Shown piece by piece: positions 13,901 to 28,900 of a stretch of 64,000 nucleotides of DNA (position 1 is the stretch's first letter; every line of letters starts with the position of its first letter). The DNA comes from Mobula hypostoma (lineage: Eukaryota), in NCBI RefSeq assembly GCF_963921235.1, contig NC_086097.1:58592001-58656000 (forward strand), given 5' to 3'. The position numbers and the translations under genes are program-made. The notes under the pieces were generated by a model that was not told the DNA's origin, did no database searches, and saw nothing but the letters and a program-made list of their open reading frames with translations.

Positions 13901-16900
13901 GATCAAGGTGGTGCACAGCAATTTAATCCACTTTTTTGGACAATAGAAAGACCTGAATGATCTGGTTACCAATATATATCTTAATCAGTAAAATGTAATG
14001 ATGTTGAGTTTTGCATATAAATGTCACTGATTTCTACAGCATTTCCAAAACTCAAAGAATATTCCTCCTTATTCTGGTGATTATTTGAAGCACAAAGGTA
14101 TAGGCATCATGAGACCCTGGATTTGCACCTTGGAAGGTTTCCAGGGCGCAGGCCTGGGCAAGGTTGTATGGAAGACCAGCAGTTGCCCATGCTGCAAGTC
14201 TCCCCACTCCACGACACCAATGTTGTCCAAGGGAAGGGCATTAGGACCCATACAGCTTGGCACCAGTGTCGTCGCAGAGCAATGTGTGGTTAAGTGCCTT
14301 GCTCAAGGACACAACACGTCGCCTCAGCTGGGGCTCGAACTTACAACCTTCAGGTCGCTAGTCCAATACCTTAACCACTTGGCCACGTGCCCACGTCACT
14401 AACTAGCTAGCTAACTAAATACATATACATATATATCAATTACTTACACATGTTCGTGACATTCTGGGAAAGCCTTTTAAAGCAGCAATGTTGGAGACTC
14501 TGAAGATTTTTTTTAAGGACATCTGGCAACAAATTATTATTGCGCACTAACATCAAGAAAGTTCGGTTAGTGTATAGGGAAGATCTGTAGAAGCTCAAAG
14601 GTGGGAAATAGTAGAAATAAAGAGAAAATATTGTGCTTAGAAACAGATGAATTTCAGATGACTGAACAAAAGGCATTGTGTGATAGAGCAGCATTGGGAG
14701 ATGAGGAAAGTTCAATGAAGATAGAGGTGAAGGGCTTGGCAAGTATTGATACAGAATCAGTTGCCAATGTAGAATTGTGAATCTGAGATGTTATAAGGAT
14801 GTGACCTAGCAAGGTATGAATTGCTAACAATACAAGGTAGGGCTTTCCAGATTTTAGCAGTGAGAGGGAGGGCACAGAGCTGGTTAGAGAGAATACCAAG
14901 ATAATTAAAGAAGGACCTATTTGCAAATAACAGATGTCTTGGACTCTGCTACATTAGGCAAAGTAAGGCCTCAAGTCTCTAGTTTACTGTATGAGGTCCA
15001 ATCATCAAAATAATTTTATGAGTTGATCTTAAGATATGCACTGCATGGCAGGCAGTTATTCAGTGTAGTCTTCATGTGCAGAGCACCTCAAAATGAATTT
15101 AAGGAATTGTACCTTATGTACACAAAGGGATATTATCATGTAATTATTTATTGATACCACTGGTTTATCAAAACTCAACCTTACAGTCAAGTAAATTACT
15201 AAAGAAACTACCTGTCTAGTACCTACAAATGTTTGTAAATAATCAGGTTATGATTATGTATGGTATGGTCACTGAAAATCCTTTTCTGCATTTGATGTAT
15301 GCACCAGTTGGAGCAACTCACAAGTTTCAAAATCTTACCTTAACTCTTTTTCTTTTTCTAACTTTTGTGAATATTTCTGCAACTCTTTACTCAGGAATTC
15401 CATTGTATCTCTTGAACAAAAAGAAATTTTTAAGAGCGTAGCATTAAATAGTTACTGAAATTAAAAGTAAATACATACATTCAGGAAAGTTTTGAATTAA
15501 GACTTTTTGTGTAAGGAATGTACGGTATTTTTCCCATAACTAACACAGAAATGAAGCTACATTCTATTTACATCTGAAAACAAATCCAAAAATATTGTAA
15601 GTATTACAGTAGTATTTCCCGCAGAGCAAGGTTCTTAGCCTTTTTTTAATGCCACGCACCCTTACTACTAACTGAAGGGCCGGTGACCCTCAGGTTGGGA
15701 ATCCCTATGCTCGAGAGACGTATGATGAGCATATGCAGTGCTGATCTACCAGTACAGTCTTCTACAGAAAACTTTTCAGTTTGGATACTACACTGCTTAA
15801 AAAATTCAATGGAAGATTTGTGACGTTTCTATACTTGTACCTCATTCAGCTCTTATAATGCATTCTAACAGAACCATCACTGAGCGTGGTCATTATTACT
15901 TATAAAGATGTGTTTCTGATGGCAATATGGTGACAGGAGGCATCATAACTGCTGGCCTCTTCCTGTGCTGGAAACCTGTCAGAAGTCCCTGCTCAAGCAA
16001 TATATCACCCACAACTTGATGAAGAGGAGCTATGCACTCAAAGAAAGGAATAGGAGATTATGAGAAAGCCTACACGATCTTGGTGCCTTGTCAACACATG
16101 GAGCAACCACTGTCTATCCCTAACAACTGCCTGCACTCATCGTGCCAGCCTCTGTGCAGCCCTGCACGTTGTATCTCAGGAATGAAGGCCATACCACTTG
16201 CTCTGACTCACCCCATACCATTCCTCACAGCTGGCTCATTACACTGAGCTGCAAACAATTCTTTATTTCTGAGCGTTGGGACAGGCATCAATGCCAAAGA
16301 CTGAGTGCAGCAATATCCAGCATAACGGAAAATAAGATCGCACTAATTTCCTAGCAGCACAGTGGGGCACAGCCTGAGCAAAGATCTTGTTTAACATGCT
16401 GGGTATTCACCTGGGTGTCCAGAAAATAGAATTTAAGTCTGATATAAGGCATCAGCTATGCAATACTGCTATGTGAGGTAAGAGAGCCTGTGGGCTCAAT
16501 AGCACTATTTTAAAGTGTAACTATTGTGCACCTAGATTGTCGTCTTTCCCTTCTGTTTTCTTTCCCTGGGTCAGTCATTTAAAGCTTTCAGCTGTACTAA
16601 ATTTCAGTGAACAAAAGGGCAAGACCATTTCTTGCCTAATTTTGAGTACAAGGCTTCTGCTTAATGTGTGATTTGGTTAAGAGTAAATTGAATTGAACTG
16701 AATTGACTTTATTTCTCACATCCTTCATATACATAAGGAGTAAAAATCTTTACATTGCATTTCTGTCTGAATGTGCAATGTGCAATTTATAGTAATTTGT
16801 AATAAATAGTATGTACAACAGTCAATATGGCAGAGAAATATAATTGTATCAGCATGAATTAAACACACCCTTTCTTAGATAAAGGGCAAAAAACTGCTCA

Positions 16901-19900
16901 CAATTATTGCTCACTATTAATAACCAGCTTGGATTAACAGAGAATAATTTTAGGAAACCTCAATCTGTTATACAAGCACTGATATCTTACAAAGACAAAG
17001 CATAATATTACCCTTAATCAAAAACTTCAAGTTCATCTTTCTAGTATAAGTCATCTATAACTGAGAGCAGAAAACATTATCTATTTCTAGCTTCTAATTT
17101 ATGTGTCACTTAGTTCAATCAAATCATTTCTCCAGTACTGTTGGTGTATTTTGACAGTGAACATTATTAAAATTAATGGTAATTTCCAGCAGATCTGCTA
17201 ATTCTCAAATACAATTCTAACATTATAGATCTGCATGGAACTCTATTAAAATCAGCTGGAATAAACAGATAATAATTTAAGAATACTTAATTCAACTTTA
17301 GAAGATTTTAAATTATCTTACTTGTGTTGTTCTGCAAGGTTCAGCCTCATTTCTTCAAGTTCTTGGATTTCCTTCCTCATACTTGACAAATTTTCTTCAG
17401 TCTGTTGAAGCACCTCTTTTACTGAGTCTAACCTAAAATATTAAAATATATAATTTTGCTATGTAAAAATGTCTTTGAAAATAGCAATTCAATTCAACAT
17501 AGAAGAAAAATCCTTTTTATGCATTTGTTTTTTGTCTGCACAGAACTTCTCAGTGGCCACCTTATTAGCTGCAGGAGTGGAACCCTGTGTGGTCTTCTGC
17601 TGCTGCAGCCCATCCACTTTGAGGTTTTATGTGTTGCGTGTTCAGTGCTGCTCTTCAGCACAGCACTATTGTAACGCATGGTTATTTGAGTTACTGTCGC
17701 CTTCCTGTCAGCTTAAACCAGCCTGACCATTCTCCTCTGACCCCTCTCATTAATAAGGCATTTTCTCCCACAGAACTGCCGTTCATTGAATACTTTTTGC
17801 CTTTCACACCATTCTCTGTTAACTCTAGATTGTTGTGTGTGAAAATCCCAGGTGAGCAGTTTCTGAGATACTCAAACCACCCTGACTGGGACCAGCAATC
17901 ATTCCACAGTCAAAGCCACTTAGATCAGGGTTTCCCAACCTGGAGTTCATGGACCTCTTGTATTGGTCCATGCCATAAAAAAGATTGGGAACCCCTGATT
18001 TAAATTACATTGCTTCTCCATTCTGATTGTTTAGTTTGAACAGCAGCTAGACCTCTTTTATGCACTTAATTGCTACCACATGATTATCTGATTAGATATT
18101 TGCATTAACGAGCAGGTATAAAAATGTACCTAATAAAGTGGCCACCGAGTGTACTTTGTAGCAGCTAGATAAAAATATCCAAAATAATAAATGAGCAAAA
18201 TGATAGAGAAATTATGGAAATCTTAATATAGGTACAGGACTACATAGTTCATCTCCTCAAAAACGTTTTGTCATTCAATTAAATCAGTATGCACATTTCA
18301 GTACTCATGCTCCTTTTGACAAGAATGAGGTTACACTTCCACAGAACAATTCCAATTTTCTAACAAATGTTTAAACAGAGATTCTTGTTGATCTTCCACT
18401 GAAGTTTCAATAGGGAAAAACCTGCAGAAATAATTCTCAATAGAAATATTTTACATTGTCAATACTGTATATCGATTTTCAATAGCAATAACATTGCACT
18501 TGACAAAATATTTAATTTGGTTTGTGATCTCAGAATTTGTACTTTTTTCGTAATACCTTAAGTTGATAGGCATTTATATAAATAATGAGATTGAAAAATA
18601 TAGAAAATGGATACATAATTCAAAAATTATAGATTTCAAGGTACAGATCTTAGCAATGTTTCTGGGTATGATTACAATTTACACTGGTAATCTAGACTGC
18701 AAACTTTAAACTGGATTTGCTGATGATAGCAAATGAAGACGGTGTATAATATCTCAAAGATTATAGAAAACACAAATGGACAGAATGTTTTGTCCAAATT
18801 TTCACTTTGGAGTTCTTTACCTTTATTACTTGCAAACAAGAGTGAGTTATATATTCTTGCCACTAACTTATGAAAGAACCTTGATAGTGATTTGTTATAT
18901 TGTATGAATAGTATTGTCACTTTGTGCAGAGGTTTAGTGTACAGGAATTTATGGAACTTTTGGACATTTATGAGGACACCATTTTGAAAATAACACCAAA
19001 AAATCTATCAATTTTTCCAGATAGAATATATTAAATTTGTTTTCGCCAGTAAGGCATCATCTAATTTCCTGTGACAAATTATGTTTACAAAATGTGTATA
19101 CAACAAACAGTGAAGACAAATAAACACACCGGTCTGTTAGATTTTGCAAATGTTTCCTTTTTTCAGTTTCATGTTCTTTTGCTTTCTTAGCTGCTTCACT
19201 ACGGGACTCCCTTCGGACCATCAGTTCCTGATTTAAAACCTGGACATTATCAATGTCCTGCTGAGCCTACAGAAAACAATAAATTGATGGGGAATAATAA
19301 CAAAGAAACATCAACAAGGTAAAAATAAAATCAATAGAGACCATGGTATAATTTAACAGCTTTAAAATACATATTTTGACTTAATATTGGGATGCTCTGT
19401 TCTAAAATTACTCTATTATTAAATCTTCTAAAATAAATTATCAGTGATATAATTTTTTCTTAATTAATAGTTAAAATACTACTTAAGCTTCAAATAAATA
19501 GGAACTAAAGGATGTTATCATTTTTTCAGCAGAAGCTCTGGGGCAGATATATTTTGTACTCACTGCAAAATTAGATCTTAACATTCTGTAATTTATGCCT
19601 GGCTCAGCAAAGCATCCAGTGAGTCGATGAGAGATACAAGTAAGAGGTCTCAAAGTCTTTTTGGATCCAAAGCAACACTAAAATTAAACTCTGTATTTCT
19701 GATTAATAGCAATGTAGGGGTTAACTTGAAGAATTCTATTCCATATTGATATCCAATTACTTTTACCTGAAACTTCATGTGTGATTATTACCAATTGATC
19801 TCCATTACGACTAACAATTCTCCTCATAGTTTACTGCCTCACAAAATTTTCTAAAATTGTTGCCTCGTTTAGAAGAAATTCATTTATAAACCTGCTGGTT

Positions 19901-22900
19901 TTCTGGTTATGATGGCAATAGCTTAAGTCGCTAAAACTATGGCTCCGCTCCGTTTCATATACCTGCTTTCTTTTACTTTACTTCTTACTCTTCCTCCCAC
20001 TATTGAATCTGCTGGCTGCACAATGTGTGTACCTAAGACTACTAAAATGGCAAAAAAAGACATTCCATTGGGAGTGAAATTGTGCCACTGTTAGAACAAA
20101 CCCGACAGAATATGTTTTCCCAATTTGGTTTGTTGGAATTGAAACTGGATAAACTTAACTCCACACTGCAGAATCACGCTCAATGTTTATCACATGCTGA
20201 AGAAGTTACGGAGAAGTTAGATCATCGTTGTAAAGAGCTGGAAAAAGTTTGCTCTACCCTAAAAGAGCACAATAGCAAGTTAACTCCTAAAGTTATGGAT
20301 CTGGAAAGCAGGAGTAGACGCAAAAATCTTTGAATTCTTGGTTTGCCGGAGGCTGTTGAAATTGGATCTCCTGTCGAATTTTTCTCGAACTTTCTATGTG
20401 AGATTTTTGGAAGTGAAATACTTTCCAGTCTTCCAGAGATCAATTGAGCGCATCGTATCTTTACATCTCGCCCAGTGGACGGCCAGAGACCACATCCAGT
20501 GATAACTCATCTCCATCGTTACTAAATCAAGGATTTACTAATTAAAGAAGCTCGCCAACGTAAAACACTTCAATATAAAGGTCAAGCTATCTGTTTGGTA
20601 GAGGACTATGCACCTCAAGTTATGAGTCAACGTGCTGAATACAGTGGAGTAATGTAAGCTTTTTTATAATCATGGACTTCATCCTCCTCTTGCCTATCCA
20701 GCCCGGCTCCGAATCAAGCTCGAGAACGGCGATTTTAAACATTTCGATTCAGTTGCAGAGGCGCAGACCTTCATTGATAGCCTATCTGCTACTTCGAGTT
20801 CCTCAGATATGATATGATTTTTTTTCTTTTCAGCCTTTTTCGTTTTTTTTAGATAACGGTTATTTCCTTTTTTTTCTAATATTCTAATCTTTATCTTTTT
20901 TATTATCCATTTAATTCAATATATTTCGACATGATGGATTTCTATTTTTCAGTACGGACATTTCCACTTTTCTTAAATAGAGCCAATTGTGAAATTATGT
21001 AATTAGACTCCTTTTAAAGGTCTTTGTAGATTTCATTTCAAAATGGAGTTGGTGTCGCATTAAGAAATTGTTATCAATTCATGAAGTGATGTCTTTTTTG
21101 AATTGTTTCCTGTTTTTTTTCCAGACTTCAGGCTCCATTTTCTACAAATCCAGCTTTTTTAAAATTTAAAATGAAGCTGATGTCGCATTTAATTAATTAG
21201 TGGCTTAATTATGTTGCATTGTTCTATTGAAGTGTTTTTTTTAAATTTTCTCAATACTAGTTTCTATCTTTCATAATTTTAGTTCTTTAAAAGTTAATGA
21301 ACTTTTTTTTCTCTCTGGTTAGATTATTTTAACTTTAAACCACAGTTGATGCTGCACCTTTAAATTCAATTTTTATGATTCGGATGGATTACTTACTTGG
21401 ATGTTAAAGCTTTTTTTCTGTATAATTGGGTTTACAAATTATCTTTTTTGCTTATTAATTCTAGCGGGTAGGTTGGGGTAAAGTTCTTTTTAGATAATTA
21501 TCATATTTTAAAATTTATAAACCTTGAATGTATTTTCTTTTCTTTTTAAGGTTAATTTTAGTTTGCAATTCTTAAAAGCTTTTTGGTGTTTTTTTCATTA
21601 CTATATTAACTGTTGGAGTGGAGATAATTAAGATGTTACCTAACTGGAAGTTCAGTAGGGGGTTAGTTTTTCTAGGGGAGAGCTTGCTGCTTTATATTTG
21701 CAGCTTTCTTGCTGTAGGTTTAGAGCGTGTGGGTGGGAACTCCAATGCTAATATTATATATGGAATTTTGGCATATTTGCACTATACAGGACGTAATTCC
21801 GCCCTGCTTTTTTTCTTCTATACCTTTGCCCCAGAGTTGATATATAGATTTCAGATATGGTTTAATGCCTGCTATCCTTTTTTTCTAATGTTCAATGGTT
21901 AGTCCGTTGAACTTTGTAAGCTGGAATGTTAGGGGTTTGAACCATCTGGTTAAAAGGGGGAGGGTGTTCGCACATCTTAAACAGCTTAGAGCAGAGGTAG
22001 TTTTTTCACAAGAAACACATATTCATTACTCAGATTATTCTCGTTTTATGGCACGATGGGCAGGACAACATTTTCATTCAACTTTTCAAGCCAAGACGAG
22101 GGGCGTTTCAATTCTTATAAACAAAAATGTTCCTTTTGAGCTTCATAGTAAGATCTCTGATCTTAATGGTCATTTTATTATTGTTTCAGAGAAACTTTAT
22201 AATTTACAGATAGTTTTAGCCAACCTTTATGCTCCTGACTTGGATGATGTAAGGTATTTTGACCGTTTTTTTCTTCATTGCCAGAACTAAGCTCATACTC
22301 TCTTATACTGGGTGGTGACTTCGATTGTTGGTTGGATCCAGCCTTGGACAGATATTCTTCTATCCCTAGACAATTAAGTAAATCTGCTTTATCAATTCAA
22401 TCTTTTCTTTCCAATTATGGAATATCTGATATTTGGTGTTTTTTTCATCCATATGAAAGAGATTACTCTTTTTTCTCACACGTACACCATACATTTACTA
22501 GAATTGATTTTTTTTTAATTGACAATCAGTTGATTCCATCTGTTCGTTCCTGTGACTTTAAGAGTATATTGATTTCAGATCATGCCCCACTTACATTGTC
22601 TATAGTTTTTCCTGGTCTCCCTCAAGTAAATAAACACTGGCGTTTTAATCCGACCTTGTTGTCGGATAATGACTTTGTAAAATTTATGGAGGAACAGATA
22701 ACTTTCTTCTTCAATACTAATACATTACCTGAAACCTCAAGTCAGGTTGTTTGGGATGCAATGAAAGCAGATCTAAGAGGTCAAATAATTTCTTATACAG
22801 CAAATTTGAAAAGAAAGACTCAAAAAGAACGTTTAGAATTGATCAATCAGATTAAAGCTATAGACCAATTATATGCCCAGGTCAAGGATCCGGAGTTGTA

Positions 22901-25900
22901 TAAGAAAAGAATGGAACTTCAAACTAAATTTAACCTTATTTCTACTTACCCGGTTGAATGCCAACTTTTGGGCAGTAAGAGTAAGTTCTATAGTCACGGG
23001 GATAAATCTGGTAAGTCCTTAGTTAACCAACTTAGATGTTGTAAAGCAAAACAACACATCACTAAAATTCAAATGAGTAACTATTACTATGGACCATTCT
23101 GAAATTAATGATACATTCAGGAATTTTTATTCTCAACTTTATACTTCTGATTCCTTTAATGGTAATACCACTGTTATGCAATTTTTAAATAGCTTAAATA
23201 TTCCTAAACTTTCTTCTGATCTCAAACATAAATTGAATGAGCCATTATCCTTAGAGGAAATATCCTCTATTTCTGCTTTGCAGCCTGGTAAATCTCCTGG
23301 TCCTGATGGGTTCTCTGCAGAATTTTATAAATTATTTTCCTCATTGTTCTTATCCCAACTTAGTTTAGTTTTTTCTGATTCTTTTAAACAAAATAAATTG
23401 CCTGCATCATTTGATGAGGCTTCTATTATTCTTTCAGCAACAAAAGGCAAGGATCCATTAGAATGTGCTTCATATAGGCCGATCTCCCTATTAAATGTAG
23501 ATGTTAAAATTTTAACTAAAGTTTTGGCCCGTAGGCTGGAGACTATTTTACCCTTAATTATCTCTGAAGATCAATCTGGTTTTATTAAAAATCACCTTCC
23601 CTTTTTTAATATTAGGCATCTTTTTAATATTCTATATTCATCTTTATCAGGGATTCCTGAATGTGTTACTTCTCTTGATGCAGAAAAGGCGTTTGATCAG
23701 GTGGAGTGGCAACTATTTATTTGCTGTTTTAGAAAAATTTGATTTTGGATATAATTTTATTAAGTAGATTAAGATACTATATTCTCATCCAATTGCATCA
23801 GTTTTGACTAATTCTCAGCAATCCCAACCGTTTGACCTTAAACCTGGCACCCGGCAAGGATGGCCTTTAAGTCCTCTGCTATTTGATCTGGCTATTGAGC
23901 CATTGGCAATTGCATTTTGCAGTTGTACTGAATTGACTGGGATCTGAAGGGGTGGTCTTGAGCATAACGTCTCTCCATACGCCGATTGTTACTTTTTATA
24001 TCAAACCCGACCACCTCCTTACCTTTAATGTTTTCACTTCTTAATAAATTTAGTCAGTTATCTGGATACAAACTTAATCTACGTAAGGGTGGACTTTTTC
24101 CGATAAATAAGGAAGCACAAGCATTAGAATTTCAAAATCTCCCTTTTAAAGTAGTAAACAATTGTTTTACTTATCTTGGTATTATAGTAACAAAGAATTA
24201 TAATTGCCTTTTTGAGAATTTCAATAATCTTTTAAATTTTACAAAACAGAGTCTAGCACAGTGGTCACCTCTGTCTATGTCTTTAATTGGGTGAATTAAT
24301 GTAATTAAAATGTATATTCTTCCTAAATTTTTATACTTATTTCAATCTTTACCTATATTTATTCTAAAGTTTTTTTTGATTCTTTAGATTCTATTATCTT
24401 GTCATACCTATGGAAGGGTAAACAGCCTAGACTTAATAAAGCTCATCTTCAAAAGCCTAAAAGAGAAGGTGGCTTGGTGTTGCCTAATTTTCGTTCATAT
24501 TATTGGGCAGCCAATATTCACAATATTATCTTTTGGTCCTACTTTTATAATCAGTCTGTTTGTCCAACATGGGTGGCAATGGAATTGAATGCTTATAAGA
24601 AATTATCTATTCCAGCTTTACTTGGATTTATACTTCCTTGCCACTTGCCAAAATTTATTATTAATCCTGTAATCAGGCATACTCTGAGAATATGGGCTCA
24701 ATTTAGAAAATATCATGGCCTTTATAGTCTTTCCCTTTCTAGTCCCATTCTATACAATCATTTATTTCATCCTTCTATGCAGGATTGCACATTCCAAGAC
24801 TGGTGTAGAAGAGGTATTAGGTGTTTTGAAGATCTTCTTATAGACAATCGGTTTGCAACTTTTGAACAGTTGTCTACAAACTTTAATTTACTGAATACTC
24901 ATTTTTTTAGGTATCTTCAAATTAGACATTTCATTAGCCCTTTAATACCACATTTTCCTGAACAACCTGATAAAAATGTTGTAGACTTGTTTCTTCAAAT
25001 GAACCCCTTGGGTAAAGGTTTAATTTCTACTATTTGTGTCAAATGTATGAATCTCAGACGAGCCCCTTGTGATAAAATTAAAACTGCTTGGGAGCATAAC
25101 TTTGGTTTTTCTTTGTCTGACGAGGTTTGAGATTCAATTCTTAAGTCAGTCAATTCAGTTTCTTTATGTGCTCGTCATTGTCTTTTGCAGTTTAAAGTTG
25201 TCCACAGGGCTCATATATCTAAAACCAAATTGGCGAAGTTCTATCCTGATATTAGTCCCTGGTGTGACAAATGCAAAGGAGGTGAGGCTTCCCTTATTCA
25301 AATGTATTGGGCCCGTCCTACTTTGGAAACATTTTGGAAAGATGTTTTTTTAACTTTATCTTCCATATTAAATTGTCATTTGGAACCTGATCTTTTGATC
25401 GCTCTTTTCAGTATTTCTCGAGACTCTGACAAGCATTTGATCCCGGCTAAACGACGAACATTGTCTTTTGCCTCTCTTTTAGCTAGACGTGCAGTACTCC
25501 TTAAGTGGAGAGATGTAGTTCCCCCTATTCACGCTCAATGGCTTAGGGAATATTATGTCTTGTTTAGATCTTGAAAAGGTTTACTATTCACTTTTTAACT
25601 CGGACATAAAGTTCCATAAGGTGTGAGGACCTTTTCTTGAATATTTTCATAACTCTCACCTAGATTGACAGATGTATTTTTTTTCTTCCCTTGATAGTCA
25701 GATCCTGCATTTCCAGCTTTCTTTGATTAGGTAGCAGGCTGCTTTTTTATTATTATTATTCATCTCTCTTTTTACTACAATATATAGTTCTGGGGTGATA
25801 AAAGTTTATCTCAAATGTCCTTCAAATATTTATATTTATAATGGTTGGCTTGGAGTTGGATAGTGGGTGCTTTCCTTTCTAATTTTTCATTTTTAATATG

Positions 25901-28900
25901 GGTGACTTGCTCATTTGTTAAGATATGTATTATTGCTATTTTTGTCTGTATTGCAATGATCCTTCTATTTATACTATTGATTTTTTTTCTTCTACACTGT
26001 AGTTTGTGGAAAATCATAAATAAAATATTTTAAAAAAAGAAAAAAACACACTGGACTGTTTCAATGTGTACATTGTTTCAATATAGGTGCAAGGTATGGG
26101 TCTTTGACACTGATTTGAGAAATAAAGTTGCTTTTCTGACTTCACAGAAGTGGATCACAGGGGACCTCTAAATTTATTTGGCGTATAAACTATAAACAAT
26201 AGAAAAGTGCAAGTTCTGATAAATCCAACTTTGCCTATCATTAGAAAACAAATGTTTTTTTTGTTGCTTATAATGTGGAAGTTATCTTTTTTGGTGCGTT
26301 AAACAGGTACTGCAAATACTTTGTGTTCAATCTGGTGACCCACAGAGAAAAAAAATAGGAGATTGGTTAAAACATAAATCATTTGGGTATAGACCATATA
26401 CCATAACCTTTACTGCTGAATCATATACCATTACATTTATTGCTTCCAAATAGCAGTTGCCTGCAGAGCTCATAGCTGACATGTGATTGGTGCACTACAA
26501 TGGAAGTCAGCATTTAAAAGACATGGCAGCCATAGTACAGCAGAATAAAAGATAATTGTGGAGACAAAGGAAAACAGAGAACACATCTATTTCCTGTGTA
26601 TTTGGCATTTCTGATTGACACTCATACCCAAAGTGGCCCATGGCGTGCTACTGCGAGAACTGGCCAATCGAAGTTTGCAGTGCCTTCCACTGAGGAGCAT
26701 AACATAGAGATCCTGCAACCATTGTCAATGGTGCTTGTGGTCAAAAATGACACCTAAAAAAGCATCTGAGTGTAGGCTGTGGATAAAACATTAATGCTCC
26801 AATGGGGCTGCTTTAATTCGTGTTCCCTTGCTGAGTTGTTGCGGGCTTTGCTCTTTGCTTTACTGTTAATAGTGTAGGACAAGTTTTTAAACAGCCAATT
26901 TCTTTCAAAAAGCAAGTACAGTAAAAGGCTGCTGCTCACTGGATCATGCAATTAAATACATGTTTGACTCTGGGAAAATGGCAGGTTTGCTAAGGTGAAT
27001 CATGTTCAGAAGTGTCCAATACAATTTCTTCACAGTCACTAATTAATGATCATTTAATGACATGATTTAATCAATTTCAAGCACTTTATATGAAACATAT
27101 CCAATTCAAATTCAATTTCCCAATATCTGATCAATCCTATCATTCAATCCATCAATTACAGATTACATTGTCCAGCACACAATTCCTGCAACTTCCGCCA
27201 TTTCCAACAGGATCCCACCACCAAGCACATCTTTCCCTCCCCCCAAATTTCTGCTCTCCACAGGGATCACTCCCTACGGGACTCCCTTGCCAATTCATCC
27301 CTCCCCACTGGGCAGAACAAGTCCCACACCTGTCCTTACATCTGCTCCCTTGCTACCATCAGGGCTCCAAACAGTCCTTCCAGGTGAGGCAACACTGCAC
27401 CTTTGAGTCTGTTGGGGTCATCCCCTGTATTCGGTGCTCCTGGTGTGGCCTCCTGAGACCTGACAGATTGGGAGACCGCTTCAGCAGAAAAAGCAGGATC
27501 TCCTGCTAGTCACCCATTTCAATTCTATTTCCCATTTCCCATGAGGGTACACTCAATTTAGAGAATCAACACCTTATATCACGTCTGGGTAGCCTCCAAC
27601 CTGATGGCATGAACATTGATTTCTCAAAATTTGTGTCAACTGCCCAACCCCTTCACCATTCCCCTTTTCTCATTTCCTTCTCTCACCTTTTCACCTTATC
27701 TGTCCAACAGCCCCCTCTGTTGCTCCACCCTCTTCCTTTTCTTCCATGATCTTCTACCCTCTTCTCTCAGATTCCCCGTTCTTCAGACCTTTATCACCTT
27801 CCCCAATCAGCATTCTAGCTCTTTACTTCACCCCCTTCCCTTCTCTTAGTTTCACCTATCCACCACCACCTTGTACTTCTTCCCCCCCACCCCACCTTCT
27901 TGCTCTGACTTCTCATCTTTTTTTCCAGTCCTTATGAAAGGTCTTGGCCCGAAACACTGACTGTTTACTCTTTTCCATAGATGCTGCCTGACCTGCAGAG
28001 TTCCTCCAGCATTTTGTGTGTGTTGTGGCAATTACAAGGCCATTTACTCACAGTACTGAAAGCATAGTCCTGGTTTTGTTTCAAAATAGTAAAAAGAAAC
28101 ATTCAGTCTGTTTTCATATCAACTATGGCATAAGGAAATAGAAAATTTTTGAGTTTGATGAGAGTGGAAAACCTCAGTGGTAAATTTCTTTTTCTCCTGT
28201 TCTTTCTGGGTCATTTTACCTACATTAGCGTACAAATTATTTGCATTGCACCTGTCATTGACTGAATATTTAATAGTTCAGGTGCAGAGTAACTATTGTT
28301 GCAAAAGTAGATCAGTGGCTGAGCATCTAGAACACGTACCTAATATCATACTTCCCACAGGCTTTCCGCCATCTGCAAACTATTATGGAAATCATATATA
28401 GGCCTCCAAATAGTAGCCAAAATGTGGGGTTCAGATTCCAAAGGGAGCTGGAAAAGGCATATAACAAGGGTAATGACATAATTGTACTGGGGGACTTCAA
28501 TATGCAAAGGGAATGGGAAGATCAAGTTGGTGTCGGATCACAAGAGAGGGAATTTCTTGAATGCCTATGAGATGGCTTTTTAGAGTAGCTTGTGATTGAG
28601 CCTTCTTGGGGAAAGGCTATCTTAGATTGGGTTTTGTGTAGTAACCCAGCTCTTATTAGGGAGCTTAACATAAAGGAACCCTTGGGAGACAGTGATCATA
28701 ATATCACTGAATTCATACTGCAAATTGAAAGAGAGAAGCATAAGTCACATGTATTAGTATTGCAATGGAATAAAAGGAATTACAGAGGCATAAGAGAGGA
28801 GCTTGCCCAGGTGGATTGGAGGGCAATACTGGCAGGGATGACAGCAGAGCAAAAATGGCTGAAGTTTCTGGGAATAGTTCACAATACTGAACTTAACCTG

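Noticed and set aside
14320..14394. tRNA-like sequence with A and B boxes
   Set aside because: Continues directly into a SINE core and tail; it is a SINE head, not a tRNA gene
19880..26060. Active L1 or L1 target-site duplication
   Set aside because: Both ORFs carry many stops and frameshifts; no convincing TSD found by eye
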